This document shows, one piece after another, positions 1-9,685 of a stretch of 37,413 bases of DNA. Position 1 is the first letter of the stretch. Every line of letters begins with the position of its first letter. Made by a program: the position numbers and the translations under genes. Source of the stretch: Promethearchaeota archaeon (lineage in GTDB: Archaea > Asgardarchaeota > Lokiarchaeia > Sigyniarchaeales > SOKP01); NCBI GenBank assembly GCA_018238625.1, contig JABCSY010000034.1, positions 1 to 37,413 of the forward strand, read 5' to 3'. The notes below the pieces were generated by a model. That model saw only the letters and a program-made list of their open reading frames with translations, was not told the DNA's origin and searched no databases.

Positions 1-3000
1 AAGAAAGCAATGATTGACCCGTACTGGTTAGTAAAATTCTTTAAGCGTCTTATAAATATGTATACTCGAAAATTCATTTTCTTTATGACCTCTAACTCTT
101 TCTCGTCAAGCATATTCAGAACCTCAAAATTTTCGTAATATAACCCAATTTGGGGATTGAATTTTCCATTCAGTTTTCCAGCGCTAATCAAAGAGATAAG
201 ATGTTTTTGGATTTGCTGTTTTTTTATTTTTAATTCATTCTGTAAAAAGCTTAACGTAAGAAATTCGTTAGCAACAGCCTTTATCGCCATTTCAACGTAC
301 GATTTTATTACTAACTCTTCTAAAGATTTAACTTTCTCCCTTAAAATGTCGCTAAACTCTTTTATAAAACGATCAAAATCGTCAATTATGTGTTTATTTT
401 TAGTTTCAAAATTATTTGATTGTTTGTTAAATTCTTTTATTAGCTCTTTGTTTCTTTTATTAACATCTTTTATTTCTTGTTCAATGTTTTTCTTTCTTTT
501 ATTTACTTTTAGATATGCCCTTTTAAATTGTTCTGTTTCGATATAATCTTCAACTCTCGCTTGAAGGCTACCCAATAATTGACTCAAATGAATTTTATTT
601 CTATTTATATCGATTAATAATTTGCCGCGACAAGTCTCAAATCTTAAAGTATTTATCTGTTCGTTAACAAGATATACCTTTTCTTCGTACTTTTTTAGAG
701 ATTCATTCTTTTTCTTAATGTAGAATTCTCTTGCTTCTGTCTCAAACTTTCTTGATTCATAAGTATTATTAATAACTAAATTCAACTTTTCTTCGATCTT
801 TTCATCAACTTGTTTAAATTTCCTTTCGACTTTTTCCTTTCTACTTTCAAGAATTTCTTTCATTTTCTCGTATGCTTCGATCTTTTCGACATCTTCCGAG
901 AGTTTATCAAATTGATTCTTTATTTCTATTTGAAGGACGTTATAGGTGTTGCTTATAAAATTTAGTAACTCATTAAAAAGTGTTAGATTCTGTTTTATAT
1001 TTTCTATTGCTAACCGATCATTACTGATGATTGAGTTAACTCCTTTTTTGAGTTCCATGTTTTCGATTCTTGCTTCGTCAACATTTAACTCTTTACTCTT
1101 CACATCGTATCGCTTATTAAAAGATTCCTCTAATTTGCTCAAATCATCAATTCTATTTTGAATTTCTAACAAATTTACTCCTAAAGTTTTATTTTTTATA
1201 CAAGAATCGTAAAGTGCTAAAAATTTTCCAATGGATTCCTGCGTTTGTTTCAAAATCCGGTTTTCTACGTAATTTTTTAACTCTCGACCCTTGTAATATT
1301 CCTCTGTATGAACTATTAGTTCCTTTTTATCTTCAAATAAAACTCCTTGTATTTTGGAAATTTCTATTAAATTTTTTATCCTTGGGATTACGGCTTTACA
1401 TTTGAGGTCTAACTTGTCAGCTAGCTTTTTAATATCAATTTTATCTGTGTTTTCTTCCTTACTCAAAAATAATATTTCGCTAGATATTATATTGTCTACA
1501 TATTCTTCTTTTAATTTGGTTATTTCTTCACTTAAAAAATCTTTAAATTTGTTCCATTGCATTGTCGTAATCGAATTTTCTTCAAACTCATCAACAATCC
1601 CTTTTAGATCAATTAACTTTTTGGAAAATTTCTTATTATGCTCGTTAAATTCAATAAGGATCTTGTCAAAGCCGTTAACTACATTGACAATTTTTTTAAT
1701 TCTATTTTGATTGAGATATATTTTGTAATTCTCTATTTTATCTTTGAAGCGTGTAATTGTACTAGAAATATAATTATCATAATCTTCAATCTTCGTCCTA
1801 TTTCTCTCTTCAATAACTTTTTCCTTTATAAATTGCACTTGTTCAGCTACTAAATCAATAATGTTTTCTTCGAGACGATCTAACTTTTCCTGCAAGTATT
1901 TATAGAGAAGGTAAAGCTTTTGTTTGAATTTTATTTCTTTTTTCACAATCGATTTTAAATCTTTAATCTCTTCAGTTTTTTGTTTTAATATAATATCGGC
2001 TTCTTTTTTGATGATTTTAAACGCGTCATGAAATTCGTTATTAATAACTTTATTTTTCACATTTTCTCTTATTTCTAATATCCCCGCTTGGATATTATCC
2101 TTGACGTTCCCGATTTTTTCATTTAATTCGTTAAAAAATTGGAATCCATTCGTATAATCTGCAAAAATCGAATCAAATTTCGATTTTGATTCGACCCAAT
2201 TGTTAATTATTTTTCTGTGTTTTTTGACTACTTTTTTTTCCTTGACCGTAATTTGGTGAGAAATTTTGTAGACGATTTCATCGTATCTATTTACGTTTTG
2301 CGATATCTCATTAAACGATTGAACGATAAGATCAAACTTTTCCTTACTATAGCCGTCTTCAAGAATTTCTACAACAAAATTCTTAAAAGTATTTAATTCG
2401 CGATTTATATAATCTTGAATATTATATACCTTAGTATTCAATTCATCTAAGATTACAATATACTTTTTTAATTGCTCTTTTTCTTGAATTCTTCCTTGAA
2501 GATATTTATTTAATTCGTTCATTCTATTTTGCAAAAGCGAGTAAGCTTTGTTCCATTGCGATATTTCAGACCCTAATGTAGCTTGTAAATTAATATAAAT
2601 TAATTCTTGATTAAACCCGGTTTCAACGTTTTCGTTTAAGAAGTCAGCTTCCATCAAAGCATCTCGCATAATGAACTTTAACCTTTCTTTAGCAATCTCA
2701 ACTTCGTCCAATAAAAGATAAGATTCAATTTCTTCCCTAATCTGTGGAATAGTATTCTCTAACTTTAATATCATATTATAGATATCGTTTTTAAATTCTT
2801 TTAATTTCGCTTTTTCCTCGTATAACCTCTCTGTATTAATCTCGTTATCAGAAACGATTACTTTCTCATAAAGAAAGTTTAGATATAAATAAAATTTAGT
2901 TCTAAATAAAAATGCTTTTTTTGTTCTAATTTCTCCTTCAAAAAAATGATTGCTAATTAAGTCGTAAATTAAAGGAAAAATGTCTTCTTTCAATTTTAAA

Positions 3001-4274
3001 GGTTCATAATGGTAAGAAGCTTTATACTTCTTAAAAATATCAGAAAGAGAGATAACGCTATTTTTGCTCAGTTGGTTATAGATTTCCTTAATAATAATTT
3101 TTTTACCTTGACTAAGGTTTTGAAGATAGCGATTGAATTCTACAGTATTATCTAAGATACTCAAATTTATGGTGTAATTTAGATTAATGTACAAGATAAT
3201 CTCTTCTATACCATAACTCAAACCAAATGTTGCTTTGATTTGGTTTAAATCTATGAAGTTACGCTCTTCTAAGCGTTTAAACACGACTCTTTCAATCTCT
3301 TCGATAAAGCGATGCCATATTATAGATAACAAAATTACTAATTGTGATACTTCTGTTAAGACCTTTAAACTCCAACTTTCACTTTCTTTTAATATGTTAT
3401 CTAAATTTTTTGAGATAAAAGAATAAATCCTCGCGGGATTATAATCAATTAGCCACGAATATATATCTAGAACATTTGCAAACCAAAAAGTGGTAGATAT
3501 CTCCCCATCCATAGAATCAAAACCAAATCCTCCGTGATCTTTTTGAAATGAATAGAGAAATTGAATTTCTTTATCTTTTACATCTAAATCTAAATCAAAA
3601 AATTTAAGACTTAGAAGCTTAAAAATTATGGAAGTATCTTTTTTCCGATCGTTAATATATTGGCGAAATTGTTCCTTAAATAACCGTACATCCACACCAA
3701 GAAGTATTAAACTCTCAATTACAAAGTATAGGGTTTTAGCGTTAGGGGTTTTATTATCTTCTTCGCATTCTTTATCTAAACAATGCAAAAATCCGTTGCT
3801 TCTTTTATGGTCGTAAATAAAGTTTTTAATTTTTCTGATATTTTCATCCTGACCCTTATAAGAAAGATATTCTTTCAAAACTCCTAACAATTTTAAACTT
3901 GCTAATGCAAAATACGAGGACCAAACATCAGGTTTTTTAGTAGAATTTGGAGAGGATTTAAAACCTAATTGATCTTTTTCAATAATTTCTACTTCGCAAC
4001 TTTTTATAAATTCTAAAATCTCTTCTATATATTCGTTCTCTTTTTGCTTGAGATATTTTCTTAACAAAAGAAACCAATATATATTCTCTAGAAGCAAATT
4101 GGATTCATTTAACAAACTTTTATTGTAAGTTTGATATAAATCTAAGACCTTTTCGTAGCTACTGATATAAAAACTCCCAATTTCCCCTCTTTTAACAAAA
4201 ACAAAAGATCTAAATGGTTCTTTTTTAAATTCCGTAATATAAGGATAGGCCGTCTTGTTTTCCACATTAGTCAA
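1..4274 (-). CDS. Very large protein (>1420 aa, runs off the left edge): N-terminal prenyltransferase-like alpha/alpha repeats, winged-helix-like segments, long coiled coil, C-terminal PCI-like winged helix
   Basis: Hand-translated from TTG 4274 (or GTG 4265), just after an in-frame TAG: VENKTAYPYITEFKKEPF...FIKSCEVEIIEKDQLGFKSSPNSTKKPDVWSSYFALASLKLLG...SFQKDHGGFGFDSMDGEISTTFW. It ends ...LTLSFLQNELKIKKQQIQKHLISLISAGKLNGKFNPQIGLYY...YGSIIAF at the edge. The frame was open wherever checked; absence from the ORF track fits having no stop inside the window. Confidence 0.85.
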   Translation of the reverse strand, partial: MTNVENKTAYPYITEFKKEPFRSFVFVKRGEIGSFYISSYEKVLDLYQTYNKSLLNESNLLLENIYWFLLLRKYLKQKENEYIEEILEFIKSCEVEIIEKDQLGFKSSPNSTKKPDVWSSYFALASLKLLGVLKEYLSYKGQDENIRKIKNFIYDHKRSNGFLHCLDKECEEDNKTPNAKTLYFVIESLILLGVDVRLFKEQFRQYINDRKKDTSIIFKLLSLKFFDLDLDVKDKEIQFLYSFQKDHGGFGFDSMDGEISTTFWFANVLDIYSWLIDYNPARIYSFISKNLDNILKESESWSLKVLTEVSQLVILLSIIWHRFIEEIERVVFKRLEERNFIDLNQIKATFGLSYGIEEIILYINLNYTINLSILDNTVEFNRYLQNLSQGKKIIIKEIYNQLSKNSVISLSDIFKKYKASYHYEPLKLKEDIFPLIYDLISNHFFEGEIRTKKAFLFRTKFYLYLNFLYEKVIVSDNEINTERLYEEKAKLKEFKNDIYNMILKLENTIPQIREEIESYLLLDEVEIAKERLKFIMRDALMEADFLNENVETGFNQELIYINLQATLGSEISQWNKAYSLLQNRMNELNKYLQGRIQEKEQLKKYIVILDELNTKVYNIQDYINRELNTFKNFVVEILEDGYSKEKFDLIVQSFNEISQNVNRYDEIVYKISHQITVKEKKVVKKHRKIINNWVESKSKFDSIFADYTNGFQFFNELNEKIGNVKDNIQAGILEIRENVKNKVINNEFHDAFKIIKKEADIILKQKTEEIKDLKSIVKKEIKFKQKLYLLYKYLQEKLDRLEENIIDLVAEQVQFIKEKVIEERNRTKIEDYDNYISSTITRFKDKIENYKIYLNQNRIKKIVNVVNGFDKILIEFNEHNKKFSKKLIDLKGIVDEFEENSITTMQWNKFKDFLSEEITKLKEEYVDNIISSEILFLSKEENTDKIDIKKLADKLDLKCKAVIPRIKNLIEISKIQGVLFEDKKELIVHTEEYYKGRELKNYVENRILKQTQESIGKFLALYDSCIKNKTLGVNLLEIQNRIDDLSKLEESFNKRYDVKSKELNVDEARIENMELKKGVNSIISNDRLAIENIKQNLTLFNELLNFISNTYNVLQIEIKNQFDKLSEDVEKIEAYEKMKEILESRKEKVERKFKQVDEKIEEKLNLVINNTYESRKFETEAREFYIKKKNESLKKYEEKVYLVNEQINTLRFETCRGKLLIDINRNKIHLSQLLGSLQARVEDYIETEQFKRAYLKVNKRKKNIEQEIKDVNKRNKELIKEFNKQSNNFETKNKHIIDDFDRFIKEFSDILREKVKSLEELVIKSYVEMAIKAVANEFLTLSFLQNELKIKKQQIQKHLISLISAGKLNGKFNPQIGLYYENFEVLNMLDEKELEVIKKMNFRVYIFIRRLKNFTNQYGSIIAF

Positions 4275-4444
4275 CTAAAAAACCCCTGTAAACATTATAA
4301 TAATAATAAAAATTTTAGAATATATTTTTTTGTAATTGTTTTTTATTTCAGTGGCTCAAACATTTGGAAATAGAGAAAATAGAAACGAAAAATCTTTTGT
4401 TAAATAAAGTAAAACAGAATAGAAATAAAAAAAATAAAAATAAT

Positions 4445-5941
4445 TTATAAGGGCGGATCGCTGTTAAAACTCAGCGTGGTATTTATTCCCATATTGTCGT
4501 ACATTAATGGCATTTGAGTTGCGATTAGTGGCATAAATTGGTTCCATGGTATGAAATTTATAGCAAAGATAAACGCGTTACTTATAGTCTGATTTTGATC
4601 TAATTGCTCCCAGAATTGATGGAAGAACCAAGACCCAGCAAACCCATCTCCATTGTTGTTGCTTATCCAGTACCAAGAAAATACGTTTGACGAGGCACTG
4701 ACAAAAAGGCAATTCGGTATGTCGTACCAACTCGAACCTATGTTTTTATTACTGTTTAAGAAATTACCGCTAAAACAGCTATCAACATTTATCATAATTC
4801 GCTCGCAATCGATTTCCTTCACTAAATCATAGAATTCAAATTCAGTAATAAAACTATTATCTGCTTCAAAGTGAAAAGTCGCGTTACCATCCCCAAGCAC
4901 TGCATTTGAACCGTGATCGGTCATAAATATAATTAGTTGGTCCTTAGAGTTAATTCCAGAAGCAAATGAACCTGAAATCGAAACATTTAATTCTTGTTTA
5001 AACCTACTAGAATTAACATCATCGTTCTCCACATCGATCAAAGCACCTATTAAATCGTTTGCTATTAAATCGTTTGCTTTAATATCTATTACATTATCGT
5101 TTGTGTGATAAAGCATTAAAAATATTTTATCATCTGTGTAACCGTGAGATTTTAATATCCAGTACACGTGAAGCGCTTGCGCAGGAAAACCGTCAGAATC
5201 AATTCTACTTGGAGGGGGGCTCGGGTTCGGATCTGTAGGATTTGTATTATTGAACGGTATCAATTTATCTACAACGAGGTCATCGTAATTCACGTGGTCA
5301 AGTGGCCCCGTAGCAAAACCACCTTCTACTGATAGAACTAAATGTAAGTCTGTAATTTCGTTGCCTGTTTCGTTATTGCAAACACCCACTATGTTGAGAG
5401 AAAACCATTGATTTAACGTAGAATTATCGTAGCTAGACCAATCGGTTCTAGTAACTTGACCAATTGAATTCAACCATACTAATCCTATTCGAACGCCTTT
5501 ACCTATAATAGGACTTGGACTATTTACATGCACGCTTACCGTGAGATTATACATTGCATATTCGGATAATTCATAAAACTGTGAATAATTTAAGGTGTAA
5601 GCAGCACTTACAAGTTCCATCCCCGTCGGTTGGATAAGTAAGGATCCTGGCGTGTTATTGCTTAAAATTGGATCCCAAAGCCCTACAGAATTTGTTCCTG
5701 AAAAAGTCCAATTACCTGAATCAACTACAAAATTCGCATCGTTTCCGCCATTATAATCCTCTTCTGCTTCATAGGGGTAAAAATCGTTCGCACTACATAG
5801 AATTATCGCTTTTCTGGAACCTGTTTCAAAGTCGGGTCCCGGAGACGGTGGCATAAATACAAAAACTAAGGCTATGACTAAAACCGCGACGACGGTAATT
5901 GCAACTATTGGAATTACTATTTTCCGTTTCATAATTCTCAC
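4445..5941 (-). CDS. Membrane-anchored clan CD cysteine peptidase (C13 legumain/caspase-like) with inserted beta-sandwich domain
   Basis: N-terminal basic plus hydrophobic anchor; KAIILCSAND first strand; catalytic dyad motifs IFMTDHGS and INVDSCFSG; SWFFHQFW segment. Confidence 0.8.
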   Translation of the reverse strand: MRIMKRKIVIPIVAITVVAVLVIALVFVFMPPSPGPDFETGSRKAIILCSANDFYPYEAEEDYNGGNDANFVVDSGNWTFSGTNSVGLWDPILSNNTPGSLLIQPTGMELVSAAYTLNYSQFYELSEYAMYNLTVSVHVNSPSPIIGKGVRIGLVWLNSIGQVTRTDWSSYDNSTLNQWFSLNIVGVCNNETGNEITDLHLVLSVEGGFATGPLDHVNYDDLVVDKLIPFNNTNPTDPNPSPPPSRIDSDGFPAQALHVYWILKSHGYTDDKIFLMLYHTNDNVIDIKANDLIANDLIGALIDVENDDVNSSRFKQELNVSISGSFASGINSKDQLIIFMTDHGSNAVLGDGNATFHFEADNSFITEFEFYDLVKEIDCERIMINVDSCFSGNFLNSNKNIGSSWYDIPNCLFVSASSNVFSWYWISNNNGDGFAGSWFFHQFWEQLDQNQTISNAFIFAINFIPWNQFMPLIATQMPLMYDNMGINTTLSFNSDPPL

Positions 5942-6188
5942 AAAATTAATTGTATTTTTAATTATTAAAAAATCGATATAATTATTATACCTTAATGTAA
6001 AAATAGAAAATATACAAATATAAATGTTGCCAGAAGAAATCTACTAGGTCTAATTATCTGTTGATAATCAAAAAATTTAAATGTTTTCTTAAATCTAGGA
6101 TTTCTTTTGCCTATCATAAAACACCTTAGAATTAAAGATCAACAAATCTATTTAAAAAATCATAAATAAAATAAAAAAAGAAAATTTA

Positions 6189-6205
6189 ATGAGCGGATTG
6201 CTCAT
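6189..6205 (-). terminator. Short hairpin followed by T-rich tract, putative terminator of the FAD/Fe-S operon
   Basis: ATGAGC-GGATT-GCTCAT inverted repeat just past the stop at 6212, followed on the minus strand by T runs. Confidence 0.4.
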
Positions 6206-6211
6206 ATTTTT

Positions 6212-7594
6212 TTAGCCTAAAAAATCTGCTTCGGTCGGTTTTTCGAGAATATCTAATAAGTTATTTTCTATAATCAATTGTAAAACGCCCTTAACTTGCA
6301 TACCATGATTATAGAGGTTATTCGCATCGTCTAAATTCCTCCAACAGAAGGGACATTCCGTTAGCAAGAAGTCTGCTCCTACCGCGTTAGCCTCATCGCA
6401 CCTTAAGCTAGCTGTTCTAATCGAGAAATCAGGATATCCTGCTCGAACTCCACCTCCAGCTCCACAGCACATAGAATTCATTCTTATTCGATACATTTCG
6501 TTAAACTTGAGTCCCACATCTTCTTCTAGCTTTTTAAGTATAACTCGCGGTTTATCGAACCATTCGTCAATCATTTTATTAACTTTTCTCATATCGAACA
6601 TAAGGTTCTTAGATTCTTTGATCATGTTCTGTTCCATATCAACCGCAAAATGCCTGCCTGTATGGCATGGGTCGTGGTAGGTAATTACTTTTCCCTTTAA
6701 TTCCTTGTTAGCTTTAAACTTTATCTTCTCTTTTTGAATAAGATCAGTTATTAATTCAAACGCGTGCAAGGTTTTAAAAGGAAGTTTCTCGTCTTCTGCC
6801 ATCCACTTTGGATAATCAATTGTTATCGTTCTGTAGCATCCAGCACACGAGAAATAAACCATTTCCAAATCCTTAAAATTTTCAAGATTCTTTCTCATTA
6901 ACTCTTGTGCTGTTTCTACTGCACCAATTCTAAAGAAAGGACTACCACAACACACTTCTTCTTCAATTAAAGTAAAATTAATACCTAATTTCTCGAAAAG
7001 TTTTGCGGTCGTTACAGCGACTTCTATTTGACGATAACTAGCAGTACAGCCTACGTAATACCCTACTTTTGCACCTTTATTATTAACGAACTTTCCTAAG
7101 CCCGCATCTTTAGCCCATTTGAATCGTTCCTCAGCTTTGCCACCGTATGGATTGTTCAATTCTTTGACCAATCTATCAACCAAAGCGTGCTTTTCGATCA
7201 TAGGTACTCCTGATTCTATTAACGCAGCCCGTAAAGATTCGATAATATCTACGGTAGGGATCTTATTTTCGCATTGGGCAGAACATTGACCACAAGTTAT
7301 GCAGGGCAAAATAACATCTCTTACTTCTTCAGAAAATTCTAAATCTCCGCTTAATATCGACCTAGCTATCCACATCTTGCCAGCGTTCCAAAAAGCTTCC
7401 CATCCATATTCTATTCCAGCTGGACACGAGTCAATCATACCTTCGTAAAGAACTGTACCTTGTTTTCCAGTGAATTCCCCTATTCCGTCTCTACTAGGCT
7501 CTCCCGAATAAGCAAACCTACACGCTTTACAGTGGATACACTTATATATTTCCTTCTCCAATTCTTTTAATCTTTCCATTCCAGTTTTAGCCAT
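6212..7594 (-). CDS. Fe-S oxidoreductase, HdrD/GlcF family (2x[4Fe-4S] plus two CCG domains)
   Basis: CIHCKAC...CP and CITCGQCSAQC; EVCCGSP, SCAGCYRT, YHDPCHTGR, MCCGAGGG, TECPFC. Confidence 0.92.
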   Translation of the reverse strand: MAKTGMERLKELEKEIYKCIHCKACRFAYSGEPSRDGIGEFTGKQGTVLYEGMIDSCPAGIEYGWEAFWNAGKMWIARSILSGDLEFSEEVRDVILPCITCGQCSAQCENKIPTVDIIESLRAALIESGVPMIEKHALVDRLVKELNNPYGGKAEERFKWAKDAGLGKFVNNKGAKVGYYVGCTASYRQIEVAVTTAKLFEKLGINFTLIEEEVCCGSPFFRIGAVETAQELMRKNLENFKDLEMVYFSCAGCYRTITIDYPKWMAEDEKLPFKTLHAFELITDLIQKEKIKFKANKELKGKVITYHDPCHTGRHFAVDMEQNMIKESKNLMFDMRKVNKMIDEWFDKPRVILKKLEEDVGLKFNEMYRIRMNSMCCGAGGGVRAGYPDFSIRTASLRCDEANAVGADFLLTECPFCWRNLDDANNLYNHGMQVKGVLQLIIENNLLDILEKPTEADFLG

Positions 7595-7616
7595 TTTTTT
7601 TTACCTCCTTGTTCAG

Positions 7617-9104
7617 TTATGGAAGAGCGAGCCTCCCAGGGTGCATTATCATATTAGGATCAAATATTTTCTTCATCGTTCTCAAATATTTCCAGTACAT
7701 TCCTGCTTGAGAATAAGTGAGAGGCGCGTGGATGTATGGGTCAGGTCTATAATTCAACCACCCTTGTTTAAGCGCGTATTCTGTTGTTTCTCTATTCATC
7801 TCTTGAACCTTTTCGATATCTGATTGTTTTGTGCTGTCGAAACAAATGATGGGCATACAAATTGCTTGCCTACAACGCTCAATACTAGCAATCCACATAA
7901 CTTCTGGGAACCCATATTTCTTCATAGCAGCACAATACATTTCAGCGAAATGGGCGCATTCGTTCCATGGTGTATAGAAAGTAATAAATAAAAATCCTGC
8001 CTCCCAAAACGCATACGGAACCGCAATCTTATTGGGTTTCTTCAATCTGCTTGCAATCTGTTTGGGATGTAGTTCCTGAGGTTTCATGCTATCAGGGTCT
8101 TTGGCTCTGTTTTTCTTGAAATCTTCAGCCATTTTATTGATTCTATTAACCACATAATCTAACTCTTCTTGAGTTTGTGCCCAGCACTCCCAATTCATCC
8201 ACCACTTACTAATTCCTAGTTGTTCGTAGAATTCGTAATCGTGAGGAACTTTATCCTTCGGCCAACGTGTCATCACCAAAGGGTAATTCCCACCTTGAAC
8301 CATAACTGTATTATGGGCAATTCCAAATTCTTGCTTTCCAATTTCAAGCGTTAGGTCCTGCATATCCTCAGGATTGGACATACCCCATACAACTACAGTC
8401 TTAAATTTTGGATGTGGGTATATTTTAACTGCGACTTTAGTCATTACGCCTAGAGTCCCTTGTGAACCCATTAAAAAGGACCAGATATCTGGACCTATTC
8501 CGTATTTATAGAACGGTTTCGCAAATGGAAGTGCCCAAGAGCCAGTTCGCACAATATCTCCGTTTGGAAACACAATCTCGCCACACATGAAGTTATCACC
8601 TTGTGGGCCAACGGAACTAGTGTAGAGGGAAAATCCTCGATCGATAGCATCGCCCATTACGGTAGAGGCTGGTGGGGCACCGTCTGGTACGGGAGGCGCC
8701 CATTCTGGGTAATTTTTGTGCATGTAACCCCAAAGCTCCCCAATCGTGACTCCTGGTTCGACTACGACGTAACGATTCTCTGTATCGACTTCGATAATTC
8801 TATTCATTCTACCTAAATCAAGCATAACTCCAGCAGGCTTAATGGTTGGACACGCAAAGCCGCCAGATAGTCCGCCTGAAACCGGTGAGACTGCAATTTT
8901 TTCTGCAGAGCAGTAAAGTAGAATTTTACGAATCTCTTCCACGTATTTAGGGCGTACGACGATATCCGGAATCTGGGCTTCTAATCCCATTACAGATTTG
9001 GAAAGATATGACGCTGTAATTGCCTTGTTATTGGTGGCGTACTCCTTGCCTACGATCCCTATCATGGCATCTAAATCTTTATCATCTGGTAATTTATAGC
9101 TCAT
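7617..9104 (-). CDS. FAD-binding oxidoreductase, VAO/PCMH (GlcD-like) family
   Basis: PDIVVRP, DLGRMNRIIEVD, VVEPGVT, GSQGTLGVMTK, KKIFDPNMIMHPG; adjacent to HdrD/GlcF partner. Confidence 0.92.
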   Translation of the reverse strand: MSYKLPDDKDLDAMIGIVGKEYATNNKAITASYLSKSVMGLEAQIPDIVVRPKYVEEIRKILLYCSAEKIAVSPVSGGLSGGFACPTIKPAGVMLDLGRMNRIIEVDTENRYVVVEPGVTIGELWGYMHKNYPEWAPPVPDGAPPASTVMGDAIDRGFSLYTSSVGPQGDNFMCGEIVFPNGDIVRTGSWALPFAKPFYKYGIGPDIWSFLMGSQGTLGVMTKVAVKIYPHPKFKTVVVWGMSNPEDMQDLTLEIGKQEFGIAHNTVMVQGGNYPLVMTRWPKDKVPHDYEFYEQLGISKWWMNWECWAQTQEELDYVVNRINKMAEDFKKNRAKDPDSMKPQELHPKQIASRLKKPNKIAVPYAFWEAGFLFITFYTPWNECAHFAEMYCAAMKKYGFPEVMWIASIERCRQAICMPIICFDSTKQSDIEKVQEMNRETTEYALKQGWLNYRPDPYIHAPLTYSQAGMYWKYLRTMKKIFDPNMIMHPGRLALP

Positions 9105-9306
9105 ATTTTTTTACCTTTTAATCAATCTTCATACTTTTTGATTTTTGAATAAAATAATTTTTATAATTCCGAAAATTAAATATTAAATTTTAAATTTGTC
9201 ATAAATGATTTTAATAAACAGATGTATTTTTCTTATAATTGGATTGTTGAATTTATAAAAATAGATTTGAATAAATGTAAGAATTAGAGTATGAATATTT
9301 TTAAGA

Positions 9307-9533
9307 AATCGAATAGCCTTAAACTAAGTTAACTACTCTGTTTATTTCGGCATGTAGTTGAATTACGGTAAAAGGTTTACCGATAAAGGAAACAGCTCCT
9401 ATTTCGAGCGCTCGTCCTTTAATTGAATTATCTGCGCTTGCAAAAAGAATTTTTATGTGACTATTAATTTTTAGTAATTCTATGGCAGTATCAATCCCAT
9501 TTTTCACTGGCATTCGATGGTCCATTAAAATTA
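9307..9533. repeat. Direct repeat copy 1 (3' two-thirds of response regulator gene plus short 3' flank); copy 2 at about 11440-11667
   Basis: Colinear similarity, including AAATCGAATAGC past the stop codons and TGGTCCATTAAAATTA at the other end. Confidence 0.85.
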
Positions 9534-9684
9534 CATCAGGTTTAATAGAAAAAGACATGAATTTTTCAATGGCTTCTTTTCCATTACTTGCCTTATCAAT
9601 GACTTCAAATCCGAAAGTCGTTAACATCATCTCGTATAGCCTTTGCAAAGATAAATCGTCTTCTACGATAAATATTGAAATCAT
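9319..9684 (-). CDS. Stand-alone response regulator receiver (CheY-like)
   Basis: IFIVEDD, phosphoacceptor in ILMDHRMP, FASAD, FIGKPF. Confidence 0.95.
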   Translation of the reverse strand: MISIFIVEDDLSLQRLYEMMLTTFGFEVIDKASNGKEAIEKFMSFSIKPDVILMDHRMPVKNGIDTAIELLKINSHIKILFASADNSIKGRALEIGAVSFIGKPFTVIQLHAEINRVVNLV

Positions 9685-9685
9685 T

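Noticed and set aside
157-3816. Short plus-strand ORFs (157..546, 946..1161, 1214..1405, 1354..1710, 1638..1853, 3235..3426, 3628..3816)
   Set aside because: Antisense shadows of the giant minus-strand ORF; F/S/L-rich with no motifs.
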